DNA from: Candidatus Gastranaerophilales bacterium
GTDB taxonomy: Bacteria > Cyanobacteriota > Vampirovibrionia > Gastranaerophilales > Gastranaerophilaceae
DNA: 64,000 nt
Assembly (NCBI GenBank): GCA_944323985.1
Contig: CALUUP010000001.1
Coordinates: 37,029-101,028, forward strand
Direction: 5' to 3'
The position numbers and the translations under genes are program-made. Below, piece after piece: positions 20,390 through 30,447 of this stretch; the first letter of the stretch is position 1; every line of letters begins with the position of its first letter. A model generated the notes under the pieces. It did not search any database. It saw nothing but the letters and a program-made list of their open reading frames with translations, and was not told the origin of the DNA.

Positions 20390-22909
20390 CTAAACCTTAG
20401 TTAGTAAAGCTTTATTGAACATTTGTTTATAATAATCCATATTGATATTTAGATCTTCACCAATCTCAAAAAGCATTATTAATAAATCTTTATCAGCTTG
20501 GCAAGAAATTTTCTTTATTAATTCGCTAATATTGGTTACAATTTTTGAAAAATAATAACTTTGTGCTTCTGCAATATCAACTTTAATTTCTAATCTTGCA
20601 ATGCTGTTTAATAATTCTAAAGTTGCTTCAACTTGTTGTAAATCTAAAGCATATGATAAACGATTAATATTTTGTGCAACTTTTTTACTAAATATTTTTG
20701 AAGTAGGTGATTTATCTATTTCTATACCAATTCTTTTGGCTTCAAAATTTATATCAGAAGCTTGTTGAATTATATCATTATCTAAAAATCCTCTAGAATC
20801 TTTAAATAATTCGTTAAATTGTTTTGCAAGAACATAACGAGCGGAAATTTTAAATTCTTCCGGAATTTGTAATCCGAGTTCTTGCATTTGATAAATAGAA
20901 CCTTTACCTTCGTTGTACATTGATTCATATGTACTTGCAAATAATTGTAATTTGTCTTTTAGCATTGTATCTAATATGCGACGTCTTTCTTCTATGAAGA
21001 TATCTTTAAGAGTGAAATATTCTGCACCAAATAAATTATCAATATTTCTAATTATTTCTGTTAAAGGAGCGGTTAAATAAGTTCTGATAAGCTCTTTTTG
21101 AATATCTTCAAATGTTTCTGAATATTCTTTAATTGCACAATGGAAATCTCCATCTGAGAATTGGAGTAATGCAAATACCATATTAGATTTTTCCATCGTT
21201 ATTTTAGATTCAACTTCAATATGTCCTATAACAAGTTTTGAATTTCCTTTTGTTACCTTTTTATAAGAATGTTTTTTTATTTTGTAACAGTAAACACTTT
21301 CCTCATCTTCTATATCTCGATATAAAGAAGTTATTGCCCATAAGCTGACTAATTGTTTGGACGTAACAACAGATGGTTTGACAAACCTTTCAAAAACATC
21401 TTTTCCTGTGCCAAACTCAGGTATATTACTTTTTGCTTCTTTTAAAATTTCTAAAAAAGGTGTTTCTAAATCTTTTTTAGTAAATGATTTAGCTAATTGC
21501 ATTACCCTTGCTGCATATTTCATTATTTGAACAGTTTCAATACCAGAAATTTCAGAGAAAAACCAACCACAACTTGTATACATAAGCATAGCTTGTCTTT
21601 GAATTTCTAAAAGTTCCATTGCACGGATTTTTTGTTCATCATCCAAATCAGGAAGAAAATATTCATCTTGATAATTTTTTACGCTAATGTCACTTCGATC
21701 TAAAATAACATTAATATAATTATTTCTGGCTTCAAGTGGGTTTTTAAAATATTTTTTACCTTGTTTTTGACATAGTGATATCATTTCATCTCTTAAATAA
21801 TCAAGAGCTTGTCTTAGAGGTTTTCTCCATTTTTGGTTCCATCCGGGATGTCCGCCTGTAGAGCACCCGCAATCTTCACTCCAACGTCCTACACCATGAG
21901 AACAACTCCAAGATGAAACAGGTTTTATTTCAACTTCCCAATCGCTACGATATTTATCGAGATATTCTCCATAATTTGTAATGATAAACCCAGAATCTTT
22001 AACTTTTATTTTTAGAGCATAAGCAAGAGCCATATCTCCAAATTTGGTATGATGCCCATAACTTTCGCCATCAGTTGCTATATTAACTAATTGATTATAA
22101 TTTCTTGCAGAAGAAACTCCATCCTTTAGTCTATTAACAAATTTAACACCGTCTTTTAACAATTCATCAAATGCAACTGAACGAGAAATTGCTCCATCGT
22201 AAAAGAATAAATCGATATATTTTCCGGGTGCAGATTTTATATAATATCGATAAGATCTAGCCGGATCAATATTGCCCCAACTTACGTCTTGCCAAGTTTT
22301 TTCACCTTCTTTTCTGATTTTTTGAGCTTGATATGGAGATAATATCGTAAATTTAATATCATTTTCAACTAAAACTCTTAATGTATCGTCATCAACAGCA
22401 GTTTCTGCTAACCATATCCCTTCAGGCTTTCTTCCGAAACGATATTCAAAATCTTTTATTCCCCATTTTACTTGAGTTTGTTTGTCTTGTTCATTTGCAA
22501 GAGGCATAATCATGTGGTTATAAACTTGAGCAATTGCATTGCCGTGTCCTGAATGTAATTTTCTAGAATTAACATCAGCTCTTATTACTCTTTCATAGGC
22601 TAAAGGTGCGAATTCTTCCATCCAAGATAGCAAAGTTGGTCCAAAATTGTAACTTATATATTCATAGTTGTTAACTACGTCAAGAATTTGATTCTTAGAA
22701 TCTACAATTTTTGAAACAGAATTAGGGTTGTAGCATTCTGAATTGATACGCTCATTCCAATCATGAAAAGGCATTGCACTGTCTTGTTGTTCTATTGCTT
22801 CCAGCCAAGGGTTTTCTCTTGGAGGTTGATAAAAATGCCCGTGTATGGTTAAAAAAACTTTATTTTTTTCTTTTGACTTATCTTTTTTATTACTTTCTGT
22901 TGTTGGCAT
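20390..22909 (-). CDS. GH57 glycoside hydrolase with DUF3536-type C-terminus
   Basis: IHGHFYQPPRENPW, GIWLAETAVD, ATDGESYGHH, SSWSCSHGVGRW, MYTSCGWFF. Confidence 0.88.
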   Translation of the reverse strand: MPTTESNKKDKSKEKNKVFLTIHGHFYQPPRENPWLEAIEQQDSAMPFHDWNERINSECYNPNSVSKIVDSKNQILDVVNNYEYISYNFGPTLLSWMEEFAPLAYERVIRADVNSRKLHSGHGNAIAQVYNHMIMPLANEQDKQTQVKWGIKDFEYRFGRKPEGIWLAETAVDDDTLRVLVENDIKFTILSPYQAQKIRKEGEKTWQDVSWGNIDPARSYRYYIKSAPGKYIDLFFYDGAISRSVAFDELLKDGVKFVNRLKDGVSSARNYNQLVNIATDGESYGHHTKFGDMALAYALKIKVKDSGFIITNYGEYLDKYRSDWEVEIKPVSSWSCSHGVGRWSEDCGCSTGGHPGWNQKWRKPLRQALDYLRDEMISLCQKQGKKYFKNPLEARNNYINVILDRSDISVKNYQDEYFLPDLDDEQKIRAMELLEIQRQAMLMYTSCGWFFSEISGIETVQIMKYAARVMQLAKSFTKKDLETPFLEILKEAKSNIPEFGTGKDVFERFVKPSVVTSKQLVSLWAITSLYRDIEDEESVYCYKIKKHSYKKVTKGNSKLVIGHIEVESKITMEKSNMVFALLQFSDGDFHCAIKEYSETFEDIQKELIRTYLTAPLTEIIRNIDNLFGAEYFTLKDIFIEERRRILDTMLKDKLQLFASTYESMYNEGKGSIYQMQELGLQIPEEFKISARYVLAKQFNELFKDSRGFLDNDIIQQASDINFEAKRIGIEIDKSPTSKIFSKKVAQNINRLSYALDLQQVEATLELLNSIARLEIKVDIAEAQSYYFSKIVTNISELIKKISCQADKDLLIMLFEIGEDLNINMDYYKQMFNKALLTKV

Positions 22910-22911
22910 AA

Positions 22912-23421
22912 TTATTTAACTCCATCTGTTTTTTCTTCAGGTGCTTTTTTTAGAATTTTAAGTTCAGATACGTCTACCCAAGTGTCTCCTAAGGCATCTG
23001 AAAATACTTTTCCTTTTATTTCTATTTCATCATCGGTTTTTAAATCTATAAATTTCTCAGCTAAATCTCGTTTTAAAAATAATTTCATTTCTGATAATGG
23101 AATATCATGAGTTGTATCATCTCGTTTTATTAAAAATGAAATGAAATCATCTGAAGATTTAAAAGCTGGTTTATAATCAAGCCCTAAAGTTGAAAATTTA
23201 TCAAATTTTGCTTTCATTAAAACTGTTTTATTTAAATATATTTTTGGATTTTTTACTAAGTTTAGTGGTTCAACTGTTATAAATTGAACATTATTTACTG
23301 TCGCTTGAGTTTTGGGTTGTGAAACCGGCTCAGCAGAAACTTTTTCAAAATAAGTGGAACTTGTTGTGAAAACAAATGCTGATAAAATAATTAGTGATAA
23401 TGTTCTTATATATTTTTTCAT
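22912..23421 (-). CDS. Exported hypothetical protein, possible OB-fold
   Basis: Signal-peptide-like N-terminus; beta-rich pattern ending EIEIKGKVF...WVDVSELKIL. Confidence 0.55.
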   Translation of the reverse strand: MKKYIRTLSLIILSAFVFTTSSTYFEKVSAEPVSQPKTQATVNNVQFITVEPLNLVKNPKIYLNKTVLMKAKFDKFSTLGLDYKPAFKSSDDFISFLIKRDDTTHDIPLSEMKLFLKRDLAEKFIDLKTDDEIEIKGKVFSDALGDTWVDVSELKILKKAPEEKTDGVK

Positions 23422-23525
23422 TTAAATTACCCTCTTCTTTTCAATAGTGTAACACATTTTAATATGATTGTAAATTTTATATTTACCTTGCATTTATATG
23501 TGAGTTTCTGATATATTATTATTGT

Positions 23526-24164
23526 ATGAATGATTTAAATGCAATAAACAAAGAGAGAGAACAAAGAGCTAATCTTTCTCAGTACAAAGATTTAATAGAA
23601 ACAATAGTTAAAGTTGAATATAAAAAAATCTCCAATATGGGGTTGATTGAGTATTCGGAAGTTTTAGCGTTAGCTAATTATACTGTTTATTATTTGACAA
23701 CCAATGCTGTTAATAATAAAAATTTATATAATTCTGCATATCTAACAAAAGCAATTAAATGGGCAATCAGAAATGAAATAAGAAGACGTTATAAGTGGTC
23801 TTCTATGAAAAATGTTGAATCTGAAAAAGAACAAATAAAGGATGCAGTTTATAAAACAATATTGTCTATAGAAGAAATGGCGGAGGCTGATAATCCAACA
23901 ATAATAAAAGATAATAAAAGAACTCCGGAAGAAAAAGCTGAAATTATAGAATTAAAACATAGAATTTGTGAACTTATGCAGAATTTGTCACAAAGAGAAC
24001 AAGATCTGATAGAAGCAAAATATTTTTATGATAAAAAATTGAAAGATATATCAATTGAATTTGGAATTTCCCAGTCAAGGATATCAAGAATTATTCAAAA
24101 TGCTTTGGATAAAATAAAGAAAGAGTTGTTGAAACAGGAAGAAATTAATGAAAACAATATTTGA
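23526..24164 (+). CDS. Alternative sigma-70 factor, FliA/WhiG-like
   Basis: Region 2-like YLTKAIKWAIRNEIRRRYKW and region 4 HTH LKDISIEFGISQSRISRIIQNAL; 212 aa. Confidence 0.75.
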   Translation: MNDLNAINKEREQRANLSQYKDLIETIVKVEYKKISNMGLIEYSEVLALANYTVYYLTTNAVNNKNLYNSAYLTKAIKWAIRNEIRRRYKWSSMKNVESEKEQIKDAVYKTILSIEEMAEADNPTIIKDNKRTPEEKAEIIELKHRICELMQNLSQREQDLIEAKYFYDKKLKDISIEFGISQSRISRIIQNALDKIKKELLKQEEINENNI

Positions 24165-25581
24165 GAAAAGTAAAGATCTCGATGGGATATGTTTGGTAGA
24201 TGATATTTTGTCTGATAATTTGGAATCTTGTTTGCCAGAATCTTGTTTAAGAAAAGATTTAATAGGCTTACCTAGTCTTAGCGAATTAGATGTTATGCGT
24301 CATTATAAAGAGCTTGGAGATAAGAATTTTTGTATAGAGAAAGGGTTTTATCCTTTAGGTTCTTGCACAATGAAATATAATCCAAAAGTAAGTGAATATT
24401 TAGCTTCTTTAGAAGGTTTTTCATCTTTACATCCTTTGCAAAGTGATGAAGATTCTCAAGGGGCATTGGAATTAATGTATAAATTACAAGAAGCTTTAAA
24501 GTATATAACAGGAATGGATGCAATGACATTACAGCCGGCAGCGGGTGCACATGGTGAGTTGACTGGTATGATGATTGTTAAAAAATATTTTGAGGTTAAA
24601 GGAGAGTTTAATCGACGAAAAGTAATAATACCTGATAATGCTCATGGTACTAATCCTGCTAGTGCTAAAATGTGTGGGTTTGATATTATTGAGGTAAAAT
24701 CTGATTCAAAAGGACAGGTTGATTTAGAAGCTTTGAAAGCATTAATTGATGAAGATGTTGCCGCTATAATGATGACAAATCCAAATACTTTGGGGTTATT
24801 TGAAGAAAATGTATTAGAAATTTCTAAATTAATGCATGCGAATGGATCGCTTCTTTATTATGATGGTGCAAATTTTAATGCAATTATGGGGTGGACAAAT
24901 CCTGCGCTAATGGGTTTTGATATTGTTCATTTGAATTTACACAAAACGTTTGCAACACCACATGGTGGTGGGGGACCTGGTGCTGGTCCAGTTGGGGTTG
25001 TTGATAAATTAAAGGATTTTTTACCGGTTCCAACGATAGAATTTGATGGAAAGATTTATTACAGAAATTATGATATTAAACATTCAATAGGCAAAGTAAA
25101 GAGTTTTTATGGTAATTTTAGTGTTTTAATAAAGGCTTATGTATATATTTTAATGATGGGAACTAATTTAAAATTGGCTTCTGCTGATGCCGTTTTAAAT
25201 GCTAATTATTTAAAAGAGAAATTGAAGAATAAATATGAATTACCATATGATTTTCCTTGTATGCATGAATTTGTAATTTCTGCAGAAAAGCAATTAAAAC
25301 AAGGTGTTTCTACTCTAAATATTGCAAAAAGGCTAATGGATTATAATTGTCATCCACCTACGATTTATTTCCCATTGATAGTTCATGAAGCAATGATGAT
25401 TGAACCTACAGAATCTGAATCAAAAGAAGTTTTGGATAATTTCATAAATGTTATGTTAAAAATAGCAGATGAGATAGATAATGATTTACAGATTGTTTTA
25501 GATGCTCCTATTTCTACTCCAGTAAAAAAAGTTGATGAAACTCAAGCTGCTAGACATCCAAATTTGATTTATAAAGAATAA
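24148..25581 (+). CDS. gcvPB: Glycine dehydrogenase (decarboxylating) subunit 2
   Basis: FYPLGSCTMKYNP, LQPAAGAHGELTG, AHGTNPASA, HLNLHKTFATPHGGGGPG, EAMMIEPTESE. Confidence 0.94.
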   Translation: MKTIFEKSKDLDGICLVDDILSDNLESCLPESCLRKDLIGLPSLSELDVMRHYKELGDKNFCIEKGFYPLGSCTMKYNPKVSEYLASLEGFSSLHPLQSDEDSQGALELMYKLQEALKYITGMDAMTLQPAAGAHGELTGMMIVKKYFEVKGEFNRRKVIIPDNAHGTNPASAKMCGFDIIEVKSDSKGQVDLEALKALIDEDVAAIMMTNPNTLGLFEENVLEISKLMHANGSLLYYDGANFNAIMGWTNPALMGFDIVHLNLHKTFATPHGGGGPGAGPVGVVDKLKDFLPVPTIEFDGKIYYRNYDIKHSIGKVKSFYGNFSVLIKAYVYILMMGTNLKLASADAVLNANYLKEKLKNKYELPYDFPCMHEFVISAEKQLKQGVSTLNIAKRLMDYNCHPPTIYFPLIVHEAMMIEPTESESKEVLDNFINVMLKIADEIDNDLQIVLDAPISTPVKKVDETQAARHPNLIYKE

Positions 25582-25630
25582 TAAAACATTCTGCTTAATA
25601 TTAAGAAATGTAAATTTTTCTTTTAATAAT

Positions 25631-25658
25631 TAAAGTTTTTGCTAAAAAAATCCGTAAT
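25631..25658 (+). promoter_or_regulatory. Possible sigma28-type promoter
   Basis: TAAAGTTT-N12-TCCGTAAT versus consensus TAAAGTTT-N11-GCCGATAA; the -10 match is imperfect. Confidence 0.35.
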
Positions 25659-25698
25659 ATCTATTAAAAGGGAAATTTAATAAAGGAAAGCAGAATAT

Positions 25699-27144
25699 AT
25701 GGGAATGGCAGCATCACAAGTTAGACTTTTACAGTTGACTGGCCGAAAAAATGATATCGGCAGGCAACTTCAAAGTTTGTCTTCTGAAAAAATGTCATTA
25801 ACCAGAGAAATGAAAGGTGTTACAAAAGACTATCAAAATGCTTTAAGTTCAAAAGTTTTTAAGTGGACAACGAATTCAGGGGCAAGTTATGTTGATTTAA
25901 GTTATAGTACTTTGATGAAACCTTCAAGTGCTAACGGGAATATTCCATATTTATTAACTAATACTAATGGTGCTGTTATGATAGACAGTACATATAAAAA
26001 ATATGCAGAAATGATTTCTTCGAATGGAGCATCCGGTGGTGATTATGAGTCTGTAAGAACTCAAATTTTAACAAGTTTATGTAATGGTCTAACTGAAGAA
26101 GATTTGGAAAAAGCTAGTGAAATGAATTCTGCTTTAAATGAAGCAGCGGAGAAAGTTAATAATTTAAAAGCTAGTGAACCTGATGAACCTGTTAAATACA
26201 GTAATGCCAGTACGTTTTTAGCCAATGCGGGTAATGTTTCCGGAATAGAAATTTCTAAGGGTGGAACTTTAGATTTAGGTAATGCAAGTACCGCAAAGGC
26301 AAATTTGAATTCTTTTATTAGTGGTTTAAAAACTAATATGTCTAATGTTTTATCTGATGAAGATAAGACCGCTTTTAATACTGTATGTGATAGTTTTTAT
26401 AGTGAATACTCTGTTTATATAGGCTCTTCATCAGAAAAGGCTAATAGTCTTTTGAATAATGATGTAAGTCCTTTACGAATTAGTGGAGCAAATTATACAT
26501 TAGATGTATCCAAAGCTATGGAAACTATTTTAGGGCAATATGAGGTTGAAGGAGGTACGGTAGAACAAAATTCTTACGGAACAATGACTTATGCTTGGCG
26601 TGATAAAACATCTAGTGAATGGCAAAGCTGGTCAACAGAATATCCGGCATGGGAAGCTGAGTATAATGAAGCAATGGATGAGTATAATCAAGCTGTAGAT
26701 AATAATAATCAAGTTTTTACATCTGAAAATGAATCTAAAATTGCCTTTTATGATAAATTGTTTAATGCAATTGTTGATAATGGGTGGGAATATAATAATA
26801 ATATTTCAGATGATGATTATTTAAATCAAATGTTACAAAATAATCAATTTTTAATTACGACAATGGATAGGTCTATTGATGATGATGGTAATACTTTTTA
26901 TGAATATGACAGTGCTATAGCATCAAACTTTGGAAATTTGGTTTCTGTAAATGATTCTGATGCTGCTAATGAAGCGTTAGCCGAGTATGAATATCAAAAA
27001 AGTATTATCAATGAAAAAGAAAGCCGTATTGATACAAGAATGCAAGATTTAGAAACAGAACAATCTGCCATTAATGAAATGATTAAAGGTATTGAAACGG
27101 TAAGAAATGATAATGTGGAGAGAACTTTTAGCATATTCTCATAA
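25699..27144 (+). CDS. Uncharacterised 'MGMxASQxRLL' family protein (paralog A)
   Basis: Conserved N- and C-terminal coiled coils shared with 42464-43948; divergent S/T/N/D-rich middle; no signal peptide. Confidence 0.75.
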   Translation: MGMAASQVRLLQLTGRKNDIGRQLQSLSSEKMSLTREMKGVTKDYQNALSSKVFKWTTNSGASYVDLSYSTLMKPSSANGNIPYLLTNTNGAVMIDSTYKKYAEMISSNGASGGDYESVRTQILTSLCNGLTEEDLEKASEMNSALNEAAEKVNNLKASEPDEPVKYSNASTFLANAGNVSGIEISKGGTLDLGNASTAKANLNSFISGLKTNMSNVLSDEDKTAFNTVCDSFYSEYSVYIGSSSEKANSLLNNDVSPLRISGANYTLDVSKAMETILGQYEVEGGTVEQNSYGTMTYAWRDKTSSEWQSWSTEYPAWEAEYNEAMDEYNQAVDNNNQVFTSENESKIAFYDKLFNAIVDNGWEYNNNISDDDYLNQMLQNNQFLITTMDRSIDDDGNTFYEYDSAIASNFGNLVSVNDSDAANEALAEYEYQKSIINEKESRIDTRMQDLETEQSAINEMIKGIETVRNDNVERTFSIFS

Positions 27145-27197
27145 ATTTATTTTTATGTTATTCTTAACTTTGTATCGCATATACAGGGGAAGAATTA

Positions 27198-28589
27198 ATG
27201 TTTGATTCACTATCAGATAGATTACAGGATATTATTGCTAAAACTGCTGGCCAAAAGGAGCTTACGCAGGAAAATATGCAGGATGCTCTTAGAGAAATTA
27301 GAAGAGCTCTTTTAGAGGCGGATGTTAATTTAAGAGTTGTTAAAGCTTTTATTTCTAATATAAAAGACAAAGCAGAAGGAGAAAACGTATTACAAGGGGT
27401 AAATCCTTCTCAACAGTTGGTAAAAATTGTACATGATGAGCTTGTCGAATTATTGGGAAAAGAAGTAAAGCCTTTAGATTTTTCTGGACATCCTAATTTA
27501 ATAATGATGTTAGGTCTTCAAGGTAGTGGTAAAACAACATCTTCTGCAAAATTAGCAGTAAAACTAAAAAAAGAGAAACGAAACCCTCTTCTTGTGGCTT
27601 GTGATGTTTATCGTCCTGCTGCTATAACCCAATTAAAAACTCTTGGTGAACAAATAGAAGTTGAGGTTTATTCAGAAGAAAATTCTAAAGATGTTCAATC
27701 TATAATAGAAAATGCCATAAATTATGCCAAAGAAAAAGGTTTTAATACATTAATTCTTGATACAGCAGGCCGTTTGCAGATTGATACAGAAATGATGGCG
27801 GAGCTACTGTTAATTGATAGAATATTTCATCCTAGTGAAAAACTTCTTGTAATTGATTCAATGACAGGGCAAGAAGCTGTTAATGTTGCAGAAAACTTTA
27901 ATGCTCAACTTGATATTACAGGTTTAGTTTTAACTAAACTTGATGGTGATTCAAGAGGCGGAGCAGCATTAAGTGTTGTTTATTGTACGGGAAAGCCTAT
28001 AAAACTTACTGGTACAGGAGAAAAATTAAATGCTCTGGAAGATTTTTATCCTGAAAGAATGGTAACCAGAATTTTAGGAATGGGAGATATCGTTTCCCTT
28101 GTTGAAAGAGCTCAAGAAGTATTTGATGAAAAAACTGCCAAAGAAATGGAAAAGAAGATGGCAAAGGCAGAATTTTCTTACAATGATTTTCTTAAAATGC
28201 AATCTCAAATGAAGATGTTTGGTTCAATGGATCAATTATTAGGAATGATTCCTGGTTTAAAAATATCTAAAGATGACAGACAAAAAATTTCACACGAAGG
28301 AGAAAAACAATTTAAGCGTATTGAAGTCTTTATTCAAAGTATGACACCAGAAGAAAGAGAAAAACCGGAGCTTATGAATTCTTCAAGAAAAAAACGTATA
28401 GCACAAGGTTCGGGAATCCCTTTACATGATGTAAATATGTTCATTAACCAATTCGAACAAATGCGACAAGTAATGAAAGGTTTTTCTGACGTTAAAAAGA
28501 ATATGGGACATTTAATGGGCAAAATGGGGACTGCTGGTGCTAAATTAACAGCTCATCAGATGATGAAAAATATGAGGCGTTTTAAATAA
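27198..28589 (+). CDS. ffh: Signal recognition particle protein Ffh
   Basis: ALLEADV, GLQGSGKTT, DVYRPAA, DTAGR, TKLDGDSRGGAALS, ILGMGD, M domain. Confidence 0.96.
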   Translation: MFDSLSDRLQDIIAKTAGQKELTQENMQDALREIRRALLEADVNLRVVKAFISNIKDKAEGENVLQGVNPSQQLVKIVHDELVELLGKEVKPLDFSGHPNLIMMLGLQGSGKTTSSAKLAVKLKKEKRNPLLVACDVYRPAAITQLKTLGEQIEVEVYSEENSKDVQSIIENAINYAKEKGFNTLILDTAGRLQIDTEMMAELLLIDRIFHPSEKLLVIDSMTGQEAVNVAENFNAQLDITGLVLTKLDGDSRGGAALSVVYCTGKPIKLTGTGEKLNALEDFYPERMVTRILGMGDIVSLVERAQEVFDEKTAKEMEKKMAKAEFSYNDFLKMQSQMKMFGSMDQLLGMIPGLKISKDDRQKISHEGEKQFKRIEVFIQSMTPEEREKPELMNSSRKKRIAQGSGIPLHDVNMFINQFEQMRQVMKGFSDVKKNMGHLMGKMGTAGAKLTAHQMMKNMRRFK

Positions 28590-28590
28590 A

Positions 28591-29148
28591 ATGAAATTAA
28601 TAGTCGGATTAGGGAATATCGGAGATAAGTACGTTTTTACAAGACATAATGTTGGGTTTATGTTAGTAGATAGTATTGCTCTTAATTCTAACCTTAATTT
28701 TAGAGAAAATTCACGTTTAAAAAGTCTTATGACAAACTTGAGAGATGGTTATAATGATTTTCTTTTTATTAAACCGACTACATTTATGAACCTTTCTGGC
28801 GAAGCTGTTAGAGCAGTTATGGACTATTACAAAATAGCTATAGAAGATATTTTAATCGTGTATGATGATCTTTCATTAGAATTAGGTAAGATAAGATTTA
28901 GAGCAAATGGTTCTGATGGTGGGCACAACGGTATTAAGTCAATAATTAAACACTTAGGCACAAAGAATATTGCCCGACTAAAAATTGGAATTGGTCCACA
29001 GCCTAATATACCATCTGAGGTCTTTGTGTTACAAAATTTTTCAAAAGATGAATTAGAAATCTTAAAAACAACAATTTCTAGAGCTAAAGATGCTATTGAT
29101 TGCTATTTTAAAGAAGGAATCGCAGTTGCTCAAAATAAATTTAATTAG
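28591..29148 (+). CDS. pth: Peptidyl-tRNA hydrolase
   Basis: LIVGLGN, TRHNVGF, KPTTFMNLSG, YDDL, GSDGGHNGIKS. Confidence 0.96.
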   Translation: MKLIVGLGNIGDKYVFTRHNVGFMLVDSIALNSNLNFRENSRLKSLMTNLRDGYNDFLFIKPTTFMNLSGEAVRAVMDYYKIAIEDILIVYDDLSLELGKIRFRANGSDGGHNGIKSIIKHLGTKNIARLKIGIGPQPNIPSEVFVLQNFSKDELEILKTTISRAKDAIDCYFKEGIAVAQNKFN

Positions 29149-29157
29149 GAGAGTTAT

Positions 29158-30447
29158 ATGATTTTAGCAGAACAATTAGAACAAGAAGAAAAATATGAAG
29201 AAGCTTATGTAGAATATAAAAAATTGTTTGAAAAAAAACAAGATAGTATTGATTTGTTAACTAAACTGGGACACTTAGCACTTATTCTAGAGAAAAAAGA
29301 TGATGCTAAAACTTATTATGCAAAAATTTTAGAGTTAGATCCTCCTAATATCCTAGCTCATGAACAACTTATTGATATATTTGCAAGTGAAGACAGATTC
29401 AAATATTATCTTTTAAGAGGTAATTTACACGCTCTTCAACAACAAATGAGCCACGCAAAAAATGACTATAAAAAAGCAATAGACCATGCTAAAGATGCTG
29501 AAGAAGCTTTACCTGCAAGGTATTTATATGCAGGTCTTTGTGAAGGACAAGGAAAATTTAATGAAGCAATTGATGAATATTTAAAAATATCAGATTATGA
29601 TGAGAAAAATTCTGTAATATTTTTAAAACTTGCTGAATTATATGAAAAAACAGAAGGATTGATTTCTGCTATACAAATTCTTGAAAGAGGTAAAAAAGAA
29701 AGAAATACTGATGAATTTGATGAAATTCTTGCAGGACACTATATTAGAAATTCTCAACCTCAAAAAGCTTTTGAAATAACTAAGAGCGATTTAACAAAAG
29801 CAAGAGCTTTATTTGATATGGATAAAAATGAAGAAGGTTACGAGCTTCTAATGAAAAACAAAGCAATTTTCGACAAAGAAAAAGTTTTTTATTCTCTATT
29901 AGCTCAATATTATTTCCAAAAAGATATGTTTAAAGAAGCTTTCAAAGCAATTGATGATTTTGCTAAATTTGATAAAAATTCGCCATTAATATATCAAATG
30001 CGGGCTTTAATTTATGAAAAACAAAATGACTCATTTAATGAACACATAAATTGGGGTAAATACAATATTTTAAGAGGCGAAAAAGATGTTGCATTGAATG
30101 AATATATGACAGCGTATAGATTTAATGATTCAGATGCTGATTTAATTGAAACAATTGCTGTTTTATTGGAAACAGAGGGCGACAAAACAAAAGCTTCCGA
30201 ATTTTATGAAAAATTACTTGATATTGAACAAAATAATAAAACTGCGTTACAAAAATTAGCGGAATTTAGAGAATCAATTGGTGATAACAGGGGTGCTTTT
30301 GATTATATAGAAAAACTCAAAACTATTGATCCTAGAAACAGTTTTGTTAAAGATAATTATGAAACATATAAAGCAAACGCTGAGAACGAAGGTAACTTCT
30401 TATCATTCTTTTCAAAACTTCTAAAATGCGGTAAATGTAATGATTAG
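29158..30447 (+). CDS. TPR repeat protein
   Basis: Multiple 34-aa helical repeats (A..yy.k.L..dP). Confidence 0.75.
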   Translation: MILAEQLEQEEKYEEAYVEYKKLFEKKQDSIDLLTKLGHLALILEKKDDAKTYYAKILELDPPNILAHEQLIDIFASEDRFKYYLLRGNLHALQQQMSHAKNDYKKAIDHAKDAEEALPARYLYAGLCEGQGKFNEAIDEYLKISDYDEKNSVIFLKLAELYEKTEGLISAIQILERGKKERNTDEFDEILAGHYIRNSQPQKAFEITKSDLTKARALFDMDKNEEGYELLMKNKAIFDKEKVFYSLLAQYYFQKDMFKEAFKAIDDFAKFDKNSPLIYQMRALIYEKQNDSFNEHINWGKYNILRGEKDVALNEYMTAYRFNDSDADLIETIAVLLETEGDKTKASEFYEKLLDIEQNNKTALQKLAEFRESIGDNRGAFDYIEKLKTIDPRNSFVKDNYETYKANAENEGNFLSFFSKLLKCGKCND